Shown here: positions 38,392 to 51,094 of the stretch, piece by piece | Layout: each line of letters begins with the position of its first letter | Position numbering within the stretch: the first letter of the stretch is position 1 | The notes under the pieces: model-generated | The model's input: the letters and a program-made list of their open reading frames with translations, nothing else | Databases searched by the model: none | What the model was told of the DNA's origin: nothing | Position numbers and translations under genes: made by a program | Assembly: GCF_963921235.1 (NCBI RefSeq) | Contig: NC_086097.1 | Span: 172,920,001-172,984,000, forward strand | Length of the DNA stretch: 64,000 nt | Source: Mobula hypostoma | Taxonomy: Eukaryota | Direction: 5' to 3'

Positions 38392-38942
38392 TAAGAGTCG
38401 GAACATCATGTTGCAGCATAATGCAAAACAGTGGTTAGACCACACTTGGAATATTATATAATCGCATTGTAATAGATGTGGTAGAAATAGAGAGAATGAA
38501 TAAGAGATTTACCAGGATTTTGCCTGGCATGAAGGTTATATGCTTATTGGTACAAAGGAAGCTGAAGGGTTCCCTTATGGAATTTATAAAAGTATGAGGG
38601 GCATGGAGAGGATAAATAGTCAGAGTCTTTTTTTCCCGTAGCAGGGGAGTCTACAGCTGGAGGATACAAGTTTAGGGTGAGAGGGAAGAAAATGAAAGGA
38701 GATCTGAGGGGTAAGTGTTTCACAGGGGTGTAGTGCATATGTGGAACAAGCTACCAGAAGAGGTCGGAGGCAGATGAAATTACAATGTTTAAAAGGTATT
38801 TGGATGGGTACTTGGGCGGGGAAGGTATGGAGGGATACAGGGTATGCAGGCGAATGGAATTAGCATAGTTAGATATGAATGGTGGCTTGGAAAAGCAGGC
38901 AGAAAGGGCCCATTTTTGTCTGATTTTATGATTCTATGATAA
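38392..38942 (+). mobile_element. Old CR1 3' part (continues from 35290-35479)
   Basis: LVRPHLEY-like remnant, CR1 3' UTR and tail atgattctatgat. Confidence 0.75.
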
Positions 38943-40035
38943 TAAGCATATTATCAAATAAAAGTATCTGTGCCCAATTCTGCTGAAGCCCCACCCACTA
39001 GCTCCTTCAGTCATGATCCAGCTTTCAGTGGGTGCCATTTCCCCATTATGTTCTGCACCGGCTCAAGGGTGGAACGTGACTGAAGGATAATGGCATGTGC
39101 AGGCGTGCTGCACAGTTTTGACTTTCTAACAGGAACTGGATCATAAGGTCACAAGTTGTGCAGCAGTCAGGAGGGTGGGAATGTGATGCGAACTCAGCTG
39201 GAATACTGGAGACACAAGAGACTGCAGATATTGGAAGCTGGAGCAAACAACAATCTGCTGGAGGAACCCAGCGGGTCGAGTAACATCTGTGGGTCGAAGA
39301 CCTGCATCAGAACTAGATGCAGGGTTTCAACCCATACTGAAACATCACCAATTCCTTTCCTCCCAGAGCTACTGTTCAAGCTGCTGAGTTCCTTTAGCCG
39401 ATTGCTTGCAGCTTTACCTGGGACATTGTATTATTCTCACTAAATGCCCAGTATTAACTGTAATGTACTACCTTTGAGCATTCAGACCTCACCTCTTAAG
39501 ATCACAGTATTTGGCATCAGGGTAAAAATTTATGCCTATTTAGCATGGGAGAAATATGTGAAAATGCAATTTCAATCTGTCCCTCTCCTGGTAAGCTGTT
39601 GCGTCTGTAGTTGAAGGGGCAACCAATAGAAGTTTCAAAATTGAGGTTGGCAATTTTATGTTAGGGAAGTTTATTTGAAGTTACAAAATCAAGGTCAGCA
39701 GATGAAGTTAAGATACAGGTTAGCCATGATCTGATTGAGGGGTGAACCTCCTGGGAGGATAAAAAGGCTTCCTCCTGCTTCTGTGTAAGAATGTAACCAC
39801 AAAGGAAGAAAATGTTTTCAAAATGCATCAACGTATTATGCATAAAGTGTTGCGCTTCTCAGCAGCTTAAGTACGAGTTTGAAGCAGCATGTAGGAAAAA
39901 TGTGTGCACCATTTAGAACAAACTTTCTGATGGCCACCATGGTTCTCAATAGCATTCTGAATGGAACTTCCCCCTGCTGGTTTCCAAAATGATTCAACAA
40001 GTGGAAAGGATAAATAATAATTGTTACAAACTGAC

Positions 40036-40224
40036 CTTCTGATGATCTGGAAAAGCACCTAGTTTTACATCTACATCAGCAAATCCTTCCTCGTCCAGCG
40101 TGATGACGTCAGAAGTGGGATAATCCTGCCACTTGGGGGAAGTGATGTCGTGCACAAGCCGGATCGCGGTGGATTTATGTACAGTGTTGGTACTGGCCCA
40201 GTAGATACCAATCTGAAAAGGCTC
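40036..40224 (-). CDS. VPS13B: VPS13B internal coding exon (189 nt)
   Basis: tatttttag|GAG...AAG|gtcagt. Encodes EPFQIGIYWASTNTVHKSTAIRLVHDITSPKWQDYPTSDVITLDEEGFADVDVKLGAFPDHQK, similar to human EAFQIGIYWANTNTVHKS...LGAFPGHQK. Absent from the ORF track. Confidence 0.97.
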
Positions 40225-41436
40225 CTAAAAATAATTGTTAAAACACATACTATTGTATATCTTATGGCAGCTACATGGATTTAGATTGTGCGTATGGTTG
40301 TTTTTTAAATCTAGTTTGTAAAATCTTTTAAATTCTCATTCAGTCTTTGAGTGTATTAATGGTCTAGGCAGGTTGGTTTGCAGATACTTAGAACATATGG
40401 GAACCAGGTGGGAAAGTGGATGAATGATAGATCACTTGTGATCTCACGAGTGGTGCAGCAGTCTCAAGGGGATACATGGCACAGCCTTGCTTCTACTTCC
40501 TATCTTCTAATTAAACTGGCATTGCAACCAAGCTAGTTCCGAGAAAGCCTGAAGGCATGTACCACCAGAGTCAAGGACAGCTTGTATACAACTACTAAAC
40601 AGACTTCTTGTATGACAAAATGGACTCTTGACCTCTTGTGTCCTTGCACATTATTGTCTGCCTGCACTGTAATACTTTATTCAGCATTCTACATTGTTTT
40701 CTTGTGTAATACCTCAAAGCATTGCTGTATTGAAATGATCTGTATGAATGGCATGCAAAACAAAGATGTTCAGTACATGTGGCAATAATAAATCAGTTTA
40801 CCAATTAACCAGTCCTTGACAGAAAGGACTGGTTGGTGCAACTGTGACGAAACCCAATTTCCCTCGGGATCAATAAAGTATGACTATGACTAAACTTTCA
40901 TTCACAAGGAATCTTTATTTTCCTGCTGCAGAGCAGATATTTGCAATGCAATGGAATACAAGCATGGGACAAGAACTGCACGAGGCTCTCACAAAAAATG
41001 TGTACAGGCAGTATGGGCCATGTGGCTTGTGAGTTCCTCTGAATTTTAAAAGAAATGGTGCCTTTAAGCACAAAAGAAATGAGCTCATTCTCCAATGTTC
41101 TTTTTTTCTTTCCTGTGGCAAAATCAAATCTTTAACATGGCAGTGAAAATGTTTAAGGTCTGTTCTGTGCAGTTTGCATTGGTTGGTCACTAATATGCCA
41201 CCTAGATAGCAATCCTTAAAGATCAATTAATGACCATCTGGACTGGGTAGCTTTAAGATAATCCGAACGGGGAATTAAACAATTATATAGGATGAAGAAC
41301 CAGATGAATATCTTTATTATATCGACATTATCTAAATAGCACAAAGCAAATCACAATGTTTTCCCAGAAATTAAAGTTCTGCATTTTCAAAATCTATGTT
41401 TAAATGAAGTAAACAATGTGTTATTAACTCATTTAC

Positions 41437-41644
41437 CTTGAAGTTTGGTGGTACAATAACTTTTCCAGCTGGTATCTGCACAACTATCTTTTCACCTTCA
41501 AATAGCCAGAGGTCCCATTTCGACTGGTTGACAAACAAGGCCCAGGGTAGCAGTTCAACCAGAAGCGTATTGAGACAGGGCTTCCAGGCAGACAGTTTAA
41601 CTTGCATAGGGCTGTCCCACTGAGCAAGAGCCTCACTGCTGTTT
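41437..41644 (-). CDS. VPS13B: VPS13B internal coding exon (199-211 nt; acceptor ambiguous among 41647/41644/41638/41635)
   Basis: Encodes ...EALAQWDSPMQVKLSAWKPCLNTLLVELLPWALFVNQSKWDLWLFEGEKIVVQIPAGKVIVPPNFK|gtaaat, similar to human QWDSPMRVKLSIWKP...WDLWLFEGEKIV. Four in-frame CAG acceptors at the 5' edge. Confidence 0.95.
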
Positions 41645-42353
41645 CTGCTGTTCAATGCAAACACATGTTAAAGAAACAGATTAGTTCTTCACTATCATCA
41701 CTGGCAGTTTGGCGCTTGAAACAAGTATTTAAGCTGTCATTATTCCTCATTCCAATAGCGTCAGTTAGTTAAAAATGTTATTTCTTAAAGGCTGCCAGAA
41801 GATGTTTACACAAGGATTATCCCTAAATTATTTTGTGCTCCTCTACAACCTTCCCAGATATAGTTAGAATAACATCCATCTTCTTAACTGTGGATTCCAG
41901 TTGACATAATATATTCGCTAAATATGGAGATTGAATGACTCGAACAAAACCATGACAGGCTTGCAAAGAAAACAGTCACATTGTGGTCAAAGCATTGTAA
42001 ATGTATATATTTTATCTCCAAAGTAAATATTTTTTTGAATAAGGATGACACAGCAAACACTCTCAGAAACAAATCAATATGTTAACATTCAATACACCTC
42101 CTTAAGAATTATTCATAATCCAGTGAAAAAAGTAATTTTATTAAAAAAATGACATAAAAAGAAATCTGAAACATTTTAGGCACAATATCTCATATCTGAG
42201 AATAGTTATAACCTTACTGATTAAAGAATATTTCAGTTAAAGTACACACAAGGCAACAGGCACTGTAATTATATCTACTTGCATCAAATATATAGCTGCT
42301 CTCAAATGACCACTTGCAATTCGCACCATAATTGAAGGATTGCATGGCCTTAC

Positions 42354-42524
42354 CTGCCAGTTTCCTTTGTTATGTAGGGCCAGGCAAGGCAAGCATCAGT
42401 GCCCACTTTGTAGAACTCTGCAAGTAACTTGCTGGCACTGCATTCTCTCTGTGGTCCACGTGTGATTTGTTTAATGAGGACTGTTGAAATTGGGACAGCA
42501 CATTGCGATGCTTCATCTTCCTCC
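42354..42524 (-). CDS. VPS13B: VPS13B internal coding exon (171 nt)
   Basis: cttttcag|G GAG...GGC AG|gtaagg. Encodes (R)EEDEASQCAVPISTVLIKQIT...WPYITKETG, similar to human REEYDPSDCAVPISTSLIKQIAT...WPY. Confidence 0.96.
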
Positions 42525-42627
42525 CTGAAAAGGTGAAGGACCAATTTTTACATTTCTCTCAGTTTTCATTATAACCAATTTTTGACCAAGAACTAAAAAC
42601 AATTCAATTTCTTTTTTACAGACATTT

Positions 42628-44305
42628 AAGACCATAAGACCATAAGACATAGGAGCAGAATTAGGCCACTTGGCCAATCGAGTCTGCTTCGCCATTTCAT
42701 CATTGCTGATCCAATCTTCTTCTCAGCCCCAATCTCCAACCTGCTCCTGTATTCCTTCATTCCCTGATGAATCAAGAAGCTATCGACCTCTGCCTTAAAT
42801 ATACATAAATACTTGGCCTTCACAGCAGCCTGTGGCAAAGAATTCCACAGATTCACCACTCTCTGGCTAAAGAAATTCCTCCTCATCTCTGTTCTAAAAG
42901 GATTCCCCTCTATTCTGAGGCTGTGTCTTGAATAAGAATGACATAGCAAACATTCTCAGAAACAAATCAATACTGTTCAAATTCAATGTACCTCAGACTC
43001 CCCCACCAGAGGGAACATCCTCTCCACATCCACTCTATCAAGGGCTTTCACCATTCAAAAGGTTTCAATGAGGTCACTCCTCATTCTTCTGAATTCTAGT
43101 GAATACAGGCCCAGAGCCATCAAATGCTCTTCATATGACAAGCCATTCAATCCTGAAATCATTTTTGTGAACCTCCTTTGAACTCTCTCCAATTTCAGCA
43201 CATCCTTTCTAAGATAAGGAGGCAAATCTGCTCACAATACTTCAAGTGAGGCCTCACCAGTGCTTTCTAAGTCTCAACATTATATCCTTGCTTTTATATT
43301 CTAGTCCTCTTGAAATGAATGCTAACATTGCATTTGCCTTCCTCACCACAGACTCAACCTGCAAATTAACCTTTATGGAATCCTGCATGAGGACTCCCAA
43401 GTCCCTTTGCACTTCAGTCTTTTGTTTGTATTTTGTCTCCATTTAGAAAATGGTCAACCCTTTCGTTTCTTCTACCAAAGTTCATAATCATACACTTCCT
43501 GACACTGTATTCCATCTGCCATTTCTTTGCCCATTCTCCTAATCTGTCTAGGTCTTTCTGTAGCCTCTCTACTTCCTCAAAACTACCTGTCCCTCCGCCT
43601 ACCTTCATATCATCTGCAAGCTTTGCAACAAAGCCATCAATTCCAACATCTAAAACATATAACATAAAAAGAATTGGTCCCAACTCAGACCATGTGGAAA
43701 ACCACTAGTCACCAGCACCCAGACAGAAAAGGCTCCCTTTTTTCCCCACTCTACCTCCTGCCAATCAGCCACTGCTTTATCCATGCTAGAACTTTTCTTG
43801 TAAAACCACGGGCTCGGAGCTTGTTAAACAGCCTCATGTGTGGCGCCCCGTCAAAGGCCTTCTGAAAATCCAAGTACACAACATCAACTGATCACTTTGT
43901 CTATCCTGCTTGTTACTTCTTCAAAGAATTCCAACAGATTTGTCAGACAAGATTTTCCCTTGAGGAAACCATGCCAACTATGGCCTATTTTATCATGTGC
44001 CTCCAAGTATCCTGAGACCTCATCCTTAATAATCAACTCCAACATCTTCCCAACCACGTAGGTCAGACTAACTTATCCATAGTTTCCTTTCTTCTGCCTC
44101 TCCCCCTTCTTGAAGAGTGGAGTGATACTTGTAATTTTCCAGTCTTCCAGAACCACTCCATAATCTAATGATTCAGGAAAGATCATTATTAATGCTTCCA
44201 ATATCTCTTCAGCCACCTCTTTTAGAACTCTGCAGTGTACACCATCTAGTCCAGGTGACTTATCTACCTTCAGATCTTTCAGTTTCCCAAGAACTTTCTC
44301 TATAG
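42628..44305 (-). mobile_element. CR1 LINE 3' 1.7 kb, frameshifted
   Basis: ORFs 43414-43683 (AKLADDMKVGG), 43254-43442 and 42626-42949; tail (TCTTATGG)n at 42628-42650. Confidence 0.92.
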
Positions 44306-45574
44306 TTTAATTAGAATAAATAATTTAAATACTTTATATGCTTCAGGAAGGATGTCAAAGGTTAGAGAAGTAAGTAGATTTGCTTGGGGGATATTAGCAA
44401 TGAGAAATTATAATTACGAGGAGAGTTGGGCTTTCTTTTTAACACTGGAAGTTTAAGGAAAGAATTGACAGAAGTGTCCAAATAGAGTAATTAGGAGGAA
44501 ACTGATCCCAATAGATGAACATAGAAAGAACATAATTGGCCAATGAATTCAAGAGTGATGAGGTGATTTTTTTGAGCAGCAAGTTGTTACGATCTGAACA
44601 TGAGATGTCAAACTATTTTCTTCTGTGCCATACACTGCAGAATGTGATTTCTCACACTTCACCAACTTAGATAGGTTTTTGCAGCACTTCATTCACAAGC
44701 TTCCTTAAAGAGTAAACTTGGGTTATTAAAACAGTTGAGGTCAAAACAGTTGTTTGACCTAGTATCTGTAGACATTAGTCTGTCTGGATTCACAAGCACT
44801 ATATTGGGCATCTGTGACACTTTCATCTTGTTCTCACTGAATTTATTACTCATATGGATTGAGTGAAGATTTCAAACAGACATGTCAGTTTGCAAAACAG
44901 GCCTTTATTAAGATTATAAAATATAGAAAACAAATGAGGTCATTCAGCCTATCAACTCTGCTCGACATTCAATCATTGTTGACTTACAGTATTTTCTTTC
45001 AACCGCATTATCCCGCCTTTTCCCTAAAACCTTTGACATCCTTACTAATCAAGTACCTATCAACCTTTATTTTAAATGTACCCAATGGCTTGTCCACCAC
45101 AGCCATCTGTGCCAGCAAATTCCACAGATTCACAACCTGCATTCGTCCTCATCTCGGTTCCAAAGGGACATCCTTCTATTCTGAGGGTGTGCCCTCCGGC
45201 CCTAGTCTCTCCCACTACTGGAAACATGAAATTGCTAACCATACTATGTTACCACGCACAAATTATCTGTGATTTTTGCTACACATCATATGTACATTGT
45301 AAAATGCTTTGGACCTTAGGGTCATGAACGCTCCATGTAACAGCACATCTTCAATCCTCCCCCCACCCAAATCACCTTGTATGTAGCAGCAATCAATCTG
45401 CAGACATGAAAGAGAAACACAAGGGCAAAAGCAGTGTGTTCCACAGCTTTGCTACTAATTCTTCAACTTAACTCAGAGAACAGAAAGAAAGCAAGCTTTG
45501 CTTGTCAAATGTACATCAAACCATACAGTGAAATGCATTTTTTGCATCAAATCAGATCAGCATGTAGTGCGCTG

Positions 45575-45750
45575 GGCACAGCGTAGCATATCCACAGCTC
45601 ACTAGCTCTGACCATATGTCTTTGGAATGTGGGAGGAAACTGAAGTACACGTAGGAACGTACAAGCTCCTTAGAGACAGTGACAGGAATTGAAATAGGTG
45701 ATCACTGGCACTGTAATAGTGTTATGCTAACTACTATACCACTGTTCTGC
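45575..45750 (-). mobile_element. tRNA-derived V-SINE-like element
   Basis: Minus strand starts cagtggtatagtagttagcataacactattacagtgccagtga...ttcaattcctg and contains tttcctcccacattccaaagac. Confidence 0.65.
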
Positions 45751-46149
45751 CCAACAGAATGCGCTCTGTAGGACAACATAACAATTTACCAGTAATTATA
45801 GCCACAATGCATGGCTATAGGTGAAGAAATTTTAATTTAAGTTAGTAATTTTACGTCTTTGCACTATAAAACTACAAATTTCACATCATATGTCACTGAT
45901 AATAAACCCGATTCTTAACATCACTTGCAAATGAAGATAATGCTTCATCTGAAAGCCAGCAATTCTGGCACTAGGGCAATCATTTAGCACTGCAATGGAG
46001 TGTCGACCTAGGTTTCTAACATTGTGTCCCTGTTATGGGATGCAACTCCATGATTTTCAATCCCAGGAATAAGACTGCGCTCATCAGATCCATTTATGGA
46101 TGAATGGGATAAGGCAAATTGTCATCACAGGTGTTAATCCTTTAGTTAC

Positions 46150-46325
46150 CTTGCTTGAAATGTCAAATGGTGCACAAGTTCTGGTTCCACATTTAAAAGT
46201 GACTCTTCCTGTCCTTTTCCCATGATGAGTTGGGGGTCTTTTAAACCCAAGCTTCGCCTCTCCACGTGTAGAATAATGGGATCAGGGAGGTGGCTCCTCA
46301 TGACAAACAGAGGGCTGAATACCAG
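46150..46325 (-). CDS. VPS13B: VPS13B internal coding exon (176 nt)
   Basis: tctgcag|CTG...GCA AG|gtaact. Encodes LVFSPLFVMRSHLPDPIILHVERRSLGL...EPELVHHLTFQA(R). Confidence 0.97.
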
Positions 46326-46984
46326 CTGCAGATAAAATACAAGACATAAAGTAGTTTTCAAAAACTAAGTAAAATGACTACACCAGTTCAAAGGTGGGCA
46401 AGGTAAGGGCAAGGGGGAAAATGGCAATGTCTTGTCAATGTGGAAAATGAGCTTTTAACATCTTATTCAAGTCTAAGCAAAAAATGCATCCCAGAATCTC
46501 TTGACTCTTTTGGGATTCTGATACAAGACCTTTAGCCTTTAATATAGCTAATAGCCTGAATAGCTTTAATGTAATATTATGAAAGACACTGACTTTGAGT
46601 GAAACAAGATACTATATGAGGATGAGTTACTGAAAGGTTGACTGAAGAGTTAGGTTTAAAGATTACCTTGAAGGATGTGAGAGAAGCAAAAAGTTATTAA
46701 ACAGCCAAAAGGAGGCTTGTACATGCCTCCAGCTTGCTGAACAGTTCAGTGAGATCATGAAGAAAGCACCACATTTCGTTTTGTCAATTAATGCAAAATT
46801 CCCCTAACTTCCTACAATCCTTTTCTCTCAATCCTGAGCATACAAGAGACTTGATCACTTGCAGTAAATGAAAAAAAATTAAGCATTCACCATTCAATTA
46901 TCTTGAACTATGACCCTATTCCCACCCAGTATCTCAAAACCAGGGAAAATGATTCTTGGCACATTCTTTCTAAGAACCTTAATA

Positions 46985-48960
46985 GAGTCATGGAACTGTA
47001 AAGTACAGAAATAGGTCCCCAGCCTAACTTGTTCATTTCAAACATGATGTTTATTTACACTAATTCTATTTGTCAACATTACACCTGCGTCCCTATATTC
47101 CTTTCCTATCCAAGTTTCTATTCAAATGCATTTTAAAACTTTATCATTTTATCCAACTCTACCACCTTATCTGGCAGCTCATTCCATATAAACCCCGTCC
47201 TCTGTATGAAACACTTAACCCTCAGATCTTGTTTAAATTCTTTCTCTCTCACGTTAAAGCTATACCCTTGTCTTAAACACCCTGCCCTAGGGAAAAAGGT
47301 CTATCCGATCTATGCACACACTTCAGTGAGACTTAACCCAGCCTATGTAATCTCTCCTTATAAAACAAGACCCCATTCCAGGCAACACCCTGGTGAAACT
47401 CTCTCTATTGTTACTATACTCTTTCTATAATGTGAGAGAACTGTAAACAGTGCAGCCTGGGCAATGTTTTGCACAGCTGCCACTTGACATCCCAATTTTA
47501 GACTCAATGCTTCAGTCTCTGAAAGCAAGCATTCCAAATATTTTTTTCACTACTCTACCATTGATGTCACTATTTTCAGTGAGTGATAGAGTTGCACCCC
47601 AATTTCCCTCTTGTAATACAATTGGAGGTCCCTACTTACTGTATATGTCCTATTAGTAGTTTTGACCCAAAATACATTAATTCACACTTGCTTCAATTAA
47701 ATTCCATCTGCACAACTTTCCAAATCATCTTTGTTGATTTGTATCCTTTTATAACCTTCTTCACTATCTACTACTCCACCAATCTTTGTGTCATCAGCAA
47801 ATTTATTAATTAGTTTACCTAAATTCTCATCCAAGTCATTTATATATATAGCAATGGCCCCAGCATTGATTCCTATGGTATACCACAGGTTAGAGAATTC
47901 CAGTCAGAAAAATGCACCTTCTGCCTATCACCAAACCAATTTTGCATCAGTCGGCCAACGCACCTTGGATCACATGAACTCCAAAACTCTGAACCAATCA
48001 ACTGAGCAGGACATTATCAAAAGCCTTGCTAAATTCCACATGAACTCATCTATTGTACTGCCTTCATCAATTTCTTTGAATATCTCCTCAAACTTTCAAT
48101 AGAAGACAGCAATTTTCCCCTGCACAAAATCATGTTGACTCCTCCTACTCAGTCCCTGCTTTTCCCATGAACATAAGTCCTGGCTTTAGAAATTTTTCAA
48201 ATAAAGAGTCAGGCTCTGTTTGAATAAGGGAACAACATTAGCTGTCCTCCACTTTTCTGGTACCTTACCCATGGCAAAAATCTCCAATAGACCCGTATCA
48301 ATCTTCTCCCTTGTTTTCCAGAGCATCCAGTCAGGGCTTGGCAAATTATCCACCTTATTGTATGTCAATATCTCTAAAACTTTCTCCTTCATAACAGACA
48401 TGTTCCATAATATCTGTGTATCCCTCCTCTAACACTCCATCCTAAACATCCTTGACCCTGATGAATATTGATAAGTATTTCTTTAGGATCCTGCTCAGAT
48501 CCCCGGCTCCATACAGAGGTTTCCCTACCGGGCCCTGAAGAGATGTACCCTTTTCTAGCTACCCACTTACTTCTAAAAATACTTAATGGTGAGGGATTCT
48601 CTTAAACCTCTCAATCAGGTACGTTTTTATTCTTCCAAACTCCAGAGACTCTTGGTGATACTCAATATACTGCACTGTCATTACACCCCCATCTAAAGCA
48701 AGTATATCCTTCCTTAGATAAGGAGGCAACTTTACATAGTTCTTCAGATGAGGTTCCGACCAGTGCTCTACATGTATCTTCCTTATAATAAAGGTGAGCT
48801 CTTCACTTGCCATCCAAACTGCTTGTTGTAAGTTGATGTTAAATTTGTGATTTGTATCTGAATCATTTTTAATATTGATATTTGTCATCTCCCACATTTT
48901 ATAGAAATACATTGTTTCGTATTTTTCCTACTAAAGTAATCCCTATTTATGTCATTTGCT
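46985..48960 (-). mobile_element. Old degraded CR1 LINE segments
   Basis: ORF 48186-48401 contains GKVPEKWRTANVVPLFK; KFADD remnant at about 47790; ORF 48583-48912 contains PYLRKDILAL. Confidence 0.75.
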
Positions 48961-49257
48961 ACCTTCTTGTCCAATCGCTTTATCTTGTTAACCTTCTCAC
49001 CACATTATCGGCAAGCTATGGACTTGGAGGACATCACAGTGTAAATGCATCAATCCTCAGCTTAATTCTAGTGTTGAGGTAAAAGATTGGACTTGATCTC
49101 TCTCAAAGCAGTGAGTGTTAAGGGCCAAATGTTCTCCCTCTATTGCCAATATTAACATTCTCTTAGCAGATGTAATAAAATTACTGTTTTTTTGGTAAAT
49201 GTCAAGGCAAGCAGTGTTCTTAAAGGGCCAACACTGAATGAAGAACAGCAGACTCAC

Positions 49258-49341
49258 CATTCTCTGTTGCACAGAAGATTCTGCATCCAGTCTCAGAGAA
49301 GAGCACCACACATGTAACATAGAGCTGTTTGAATCTGGAAC
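49258..49341 (-). CDS. VPS13B: VPS13B internal coding exon (84 nt)
   Basis: catgcag|GTT...ATG|gtgagt. Encodes VPDSNSSMLHVWCSSLRLDAESSVQQRM, similar to human VPSSNSSIIYVWCTVLTLEPNSQVQQRM. Confidence 0.96.
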
Positions 49342-49759
49342 CTGCATGGATCAATAACAATGAAATGCATGTTAATTATGCTCATTATGTGAGGGGAGAC
49401 ATTAATGATAATTCCCTCCACATTCAACGGTTGTTGTCCAAAAGAAGTCATTTTACATGGTTCAAAGGCAGAAGTCAAAACAAATCTTGTACAATTACCT
49501 CAATGAGTATCTTATCAAAGAAATTGATACTTCATCATTGCTCAAAACCCATGCAGAGGAGGTGGTTGGTGGATTCACGTCCACTGAAGTTGGAAAACTT
49601 TGAATATTGCAATGTTAAAATGTGTGAATGGGGTTTCACGAGAACGAGTTTAGCTTTGTGTGTATTAAGCATGTTCACACATCTCTTCAGTGAGAACAGG
49701 CAAAATGGCTCTAAGCTATCTGCTCAAGGCACAGAAGAAATGAAATTAGCATAATAAAG

Positions 49760-50060
49760 TTATTCATGGCTAATTGCATTACAAATTCAGAGGAAATCTG
49801 GTAACACAGGCAGTTCCAGTATTACATTTCAAATTGACAGTACACATTGTTAAAATTTCCCTGGCACATTCTGCACAAACTCATTTGGTCAACTGACACA
49901 TTTTCAGACAGGTTTATTTGTTAGTTCCGAATGAAGGCAAAGGGGTTAAATGAAGAAGCTGCCTCATCTGGAATCAGCAATCCCCTTTAACTCTGAGGAT
50001 TAAGCACTGATCTAATTGAGGGGATTAGCCTGTTTAAAAGAGGTTGACAGATGTAGAGAG
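49760..50060. promoter_or_regulatory. Candidate intronic enhancer (homeodomain / E-box motif cluster)
   Basis: GGATTAAG, GGGATTAG, CTAATTG x2, TGACAG x2 and CAGATG/CATCTG in non-repetitive sequence. Motif evidence only. Confidence 0.4.
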
Positions 50061-50141
50061 AGGGAAACACTGTTATGCCCACTGACAAGATAAGTATACA
50101 TTGTTCTATTATCAAAGGCTACTCATCGATATCAGAGAAAA

Positions 50142-50185
50142 TCTTTCTTCATGATGAAATCTTTCTCCATGATGAAATCTTTCTC
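50142..50185. repeat. 18-bp tandem duplication (about 2.5 units)
   Basis: atctttcttc atgatgaaatctttctcc atgatgaaatctttctc. Confidence 0.85.
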
Positions 50186-50658
50186 TCACTACAAACGTGA
50201 TGAGGCGAGAGGATTCAAGTGAAAATTTCAAACCTTTGTTTTTTGTGCAGAAGTGTATTAAGGGTTGCAGAACTGTGACAAGTTGATGCAAAACAGCGAT
50301 ATTCTAATTATGGCTTGAAAGATTGAATGCCCTTCTTCTGCCCCTATAGTTAGTTACTTAGATTAGATCAGTTTATTGTCGTACACAACAGGATACAACA
50401 GAACTCCTTGTTCGCTTGAAGTTCACAAAGTAAATGATGTACAGGACAATAATAAATTAAAGCTAACAATAAATAAGGAGATGAGTACAAAACAACAGAA
50501 TGTTGCAAAGTATTGTCGTGCAATAAGAAATAGTAAAAAAAATGCTAAAGTGACAATATTGGAAGAGGTGAAATTTAGGATTTTGATAGCAGTGAGGAAG
50601 AAGCTGTTCTTGTGTCTGGATGTCAGATTTTTGGCAATCAGTTTATAACACAGTATAC

Positions 50659-50925
50659 CTGAATGACAGTGCTGTCGTCGGACTGAAGAGATTCTGGACA
50701 TACATTTGATGACCAGTCTAAATCTTTCCCTTTAACCTTGATGTACAAATGAGTGAACTCTGCATTCTCAAGAACAAAAGATGGTATCTTCTGATTTGCT
50801 GGTAAGGTGCTAAGGTGCTCTTTGATTGACTCTTGTCCATCCTGCCCACTGCAACACTGCACCACCTTCAGTTCTATATCCTGGTTCAAGTAGCTGCAAA
50901 TGACTTGCCTCCCACAAATTAATAT
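50659..50925 (-). CDS. VPS13B: VPS13B internal coding exon (267 nt)
   Basis: tctttcag|ATA...CAG|gtatac. Encodes ILICGRQVICSYLNQDIELKVVQ...DWSSNVCPESLQSDDSTVIQ, similar to human IIICGRQIICSYLSQSIELKVVQ. Confidence 0.96.
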
Positions 50926-51094
50926 CTGAAAGACAGCGGAATCAACCAACGGTCATTTTCCATGTTTGGTTTGAAAAGTAAATCATAAAATAATTAGAAA
51001 AAAATCCAAAATACTTTAGATTTATTTTGAAAAGATATTGCAAAATATTGAGTTTAGTTAATATCTGCTAGGATTATGTCAAAATTATGCATGA

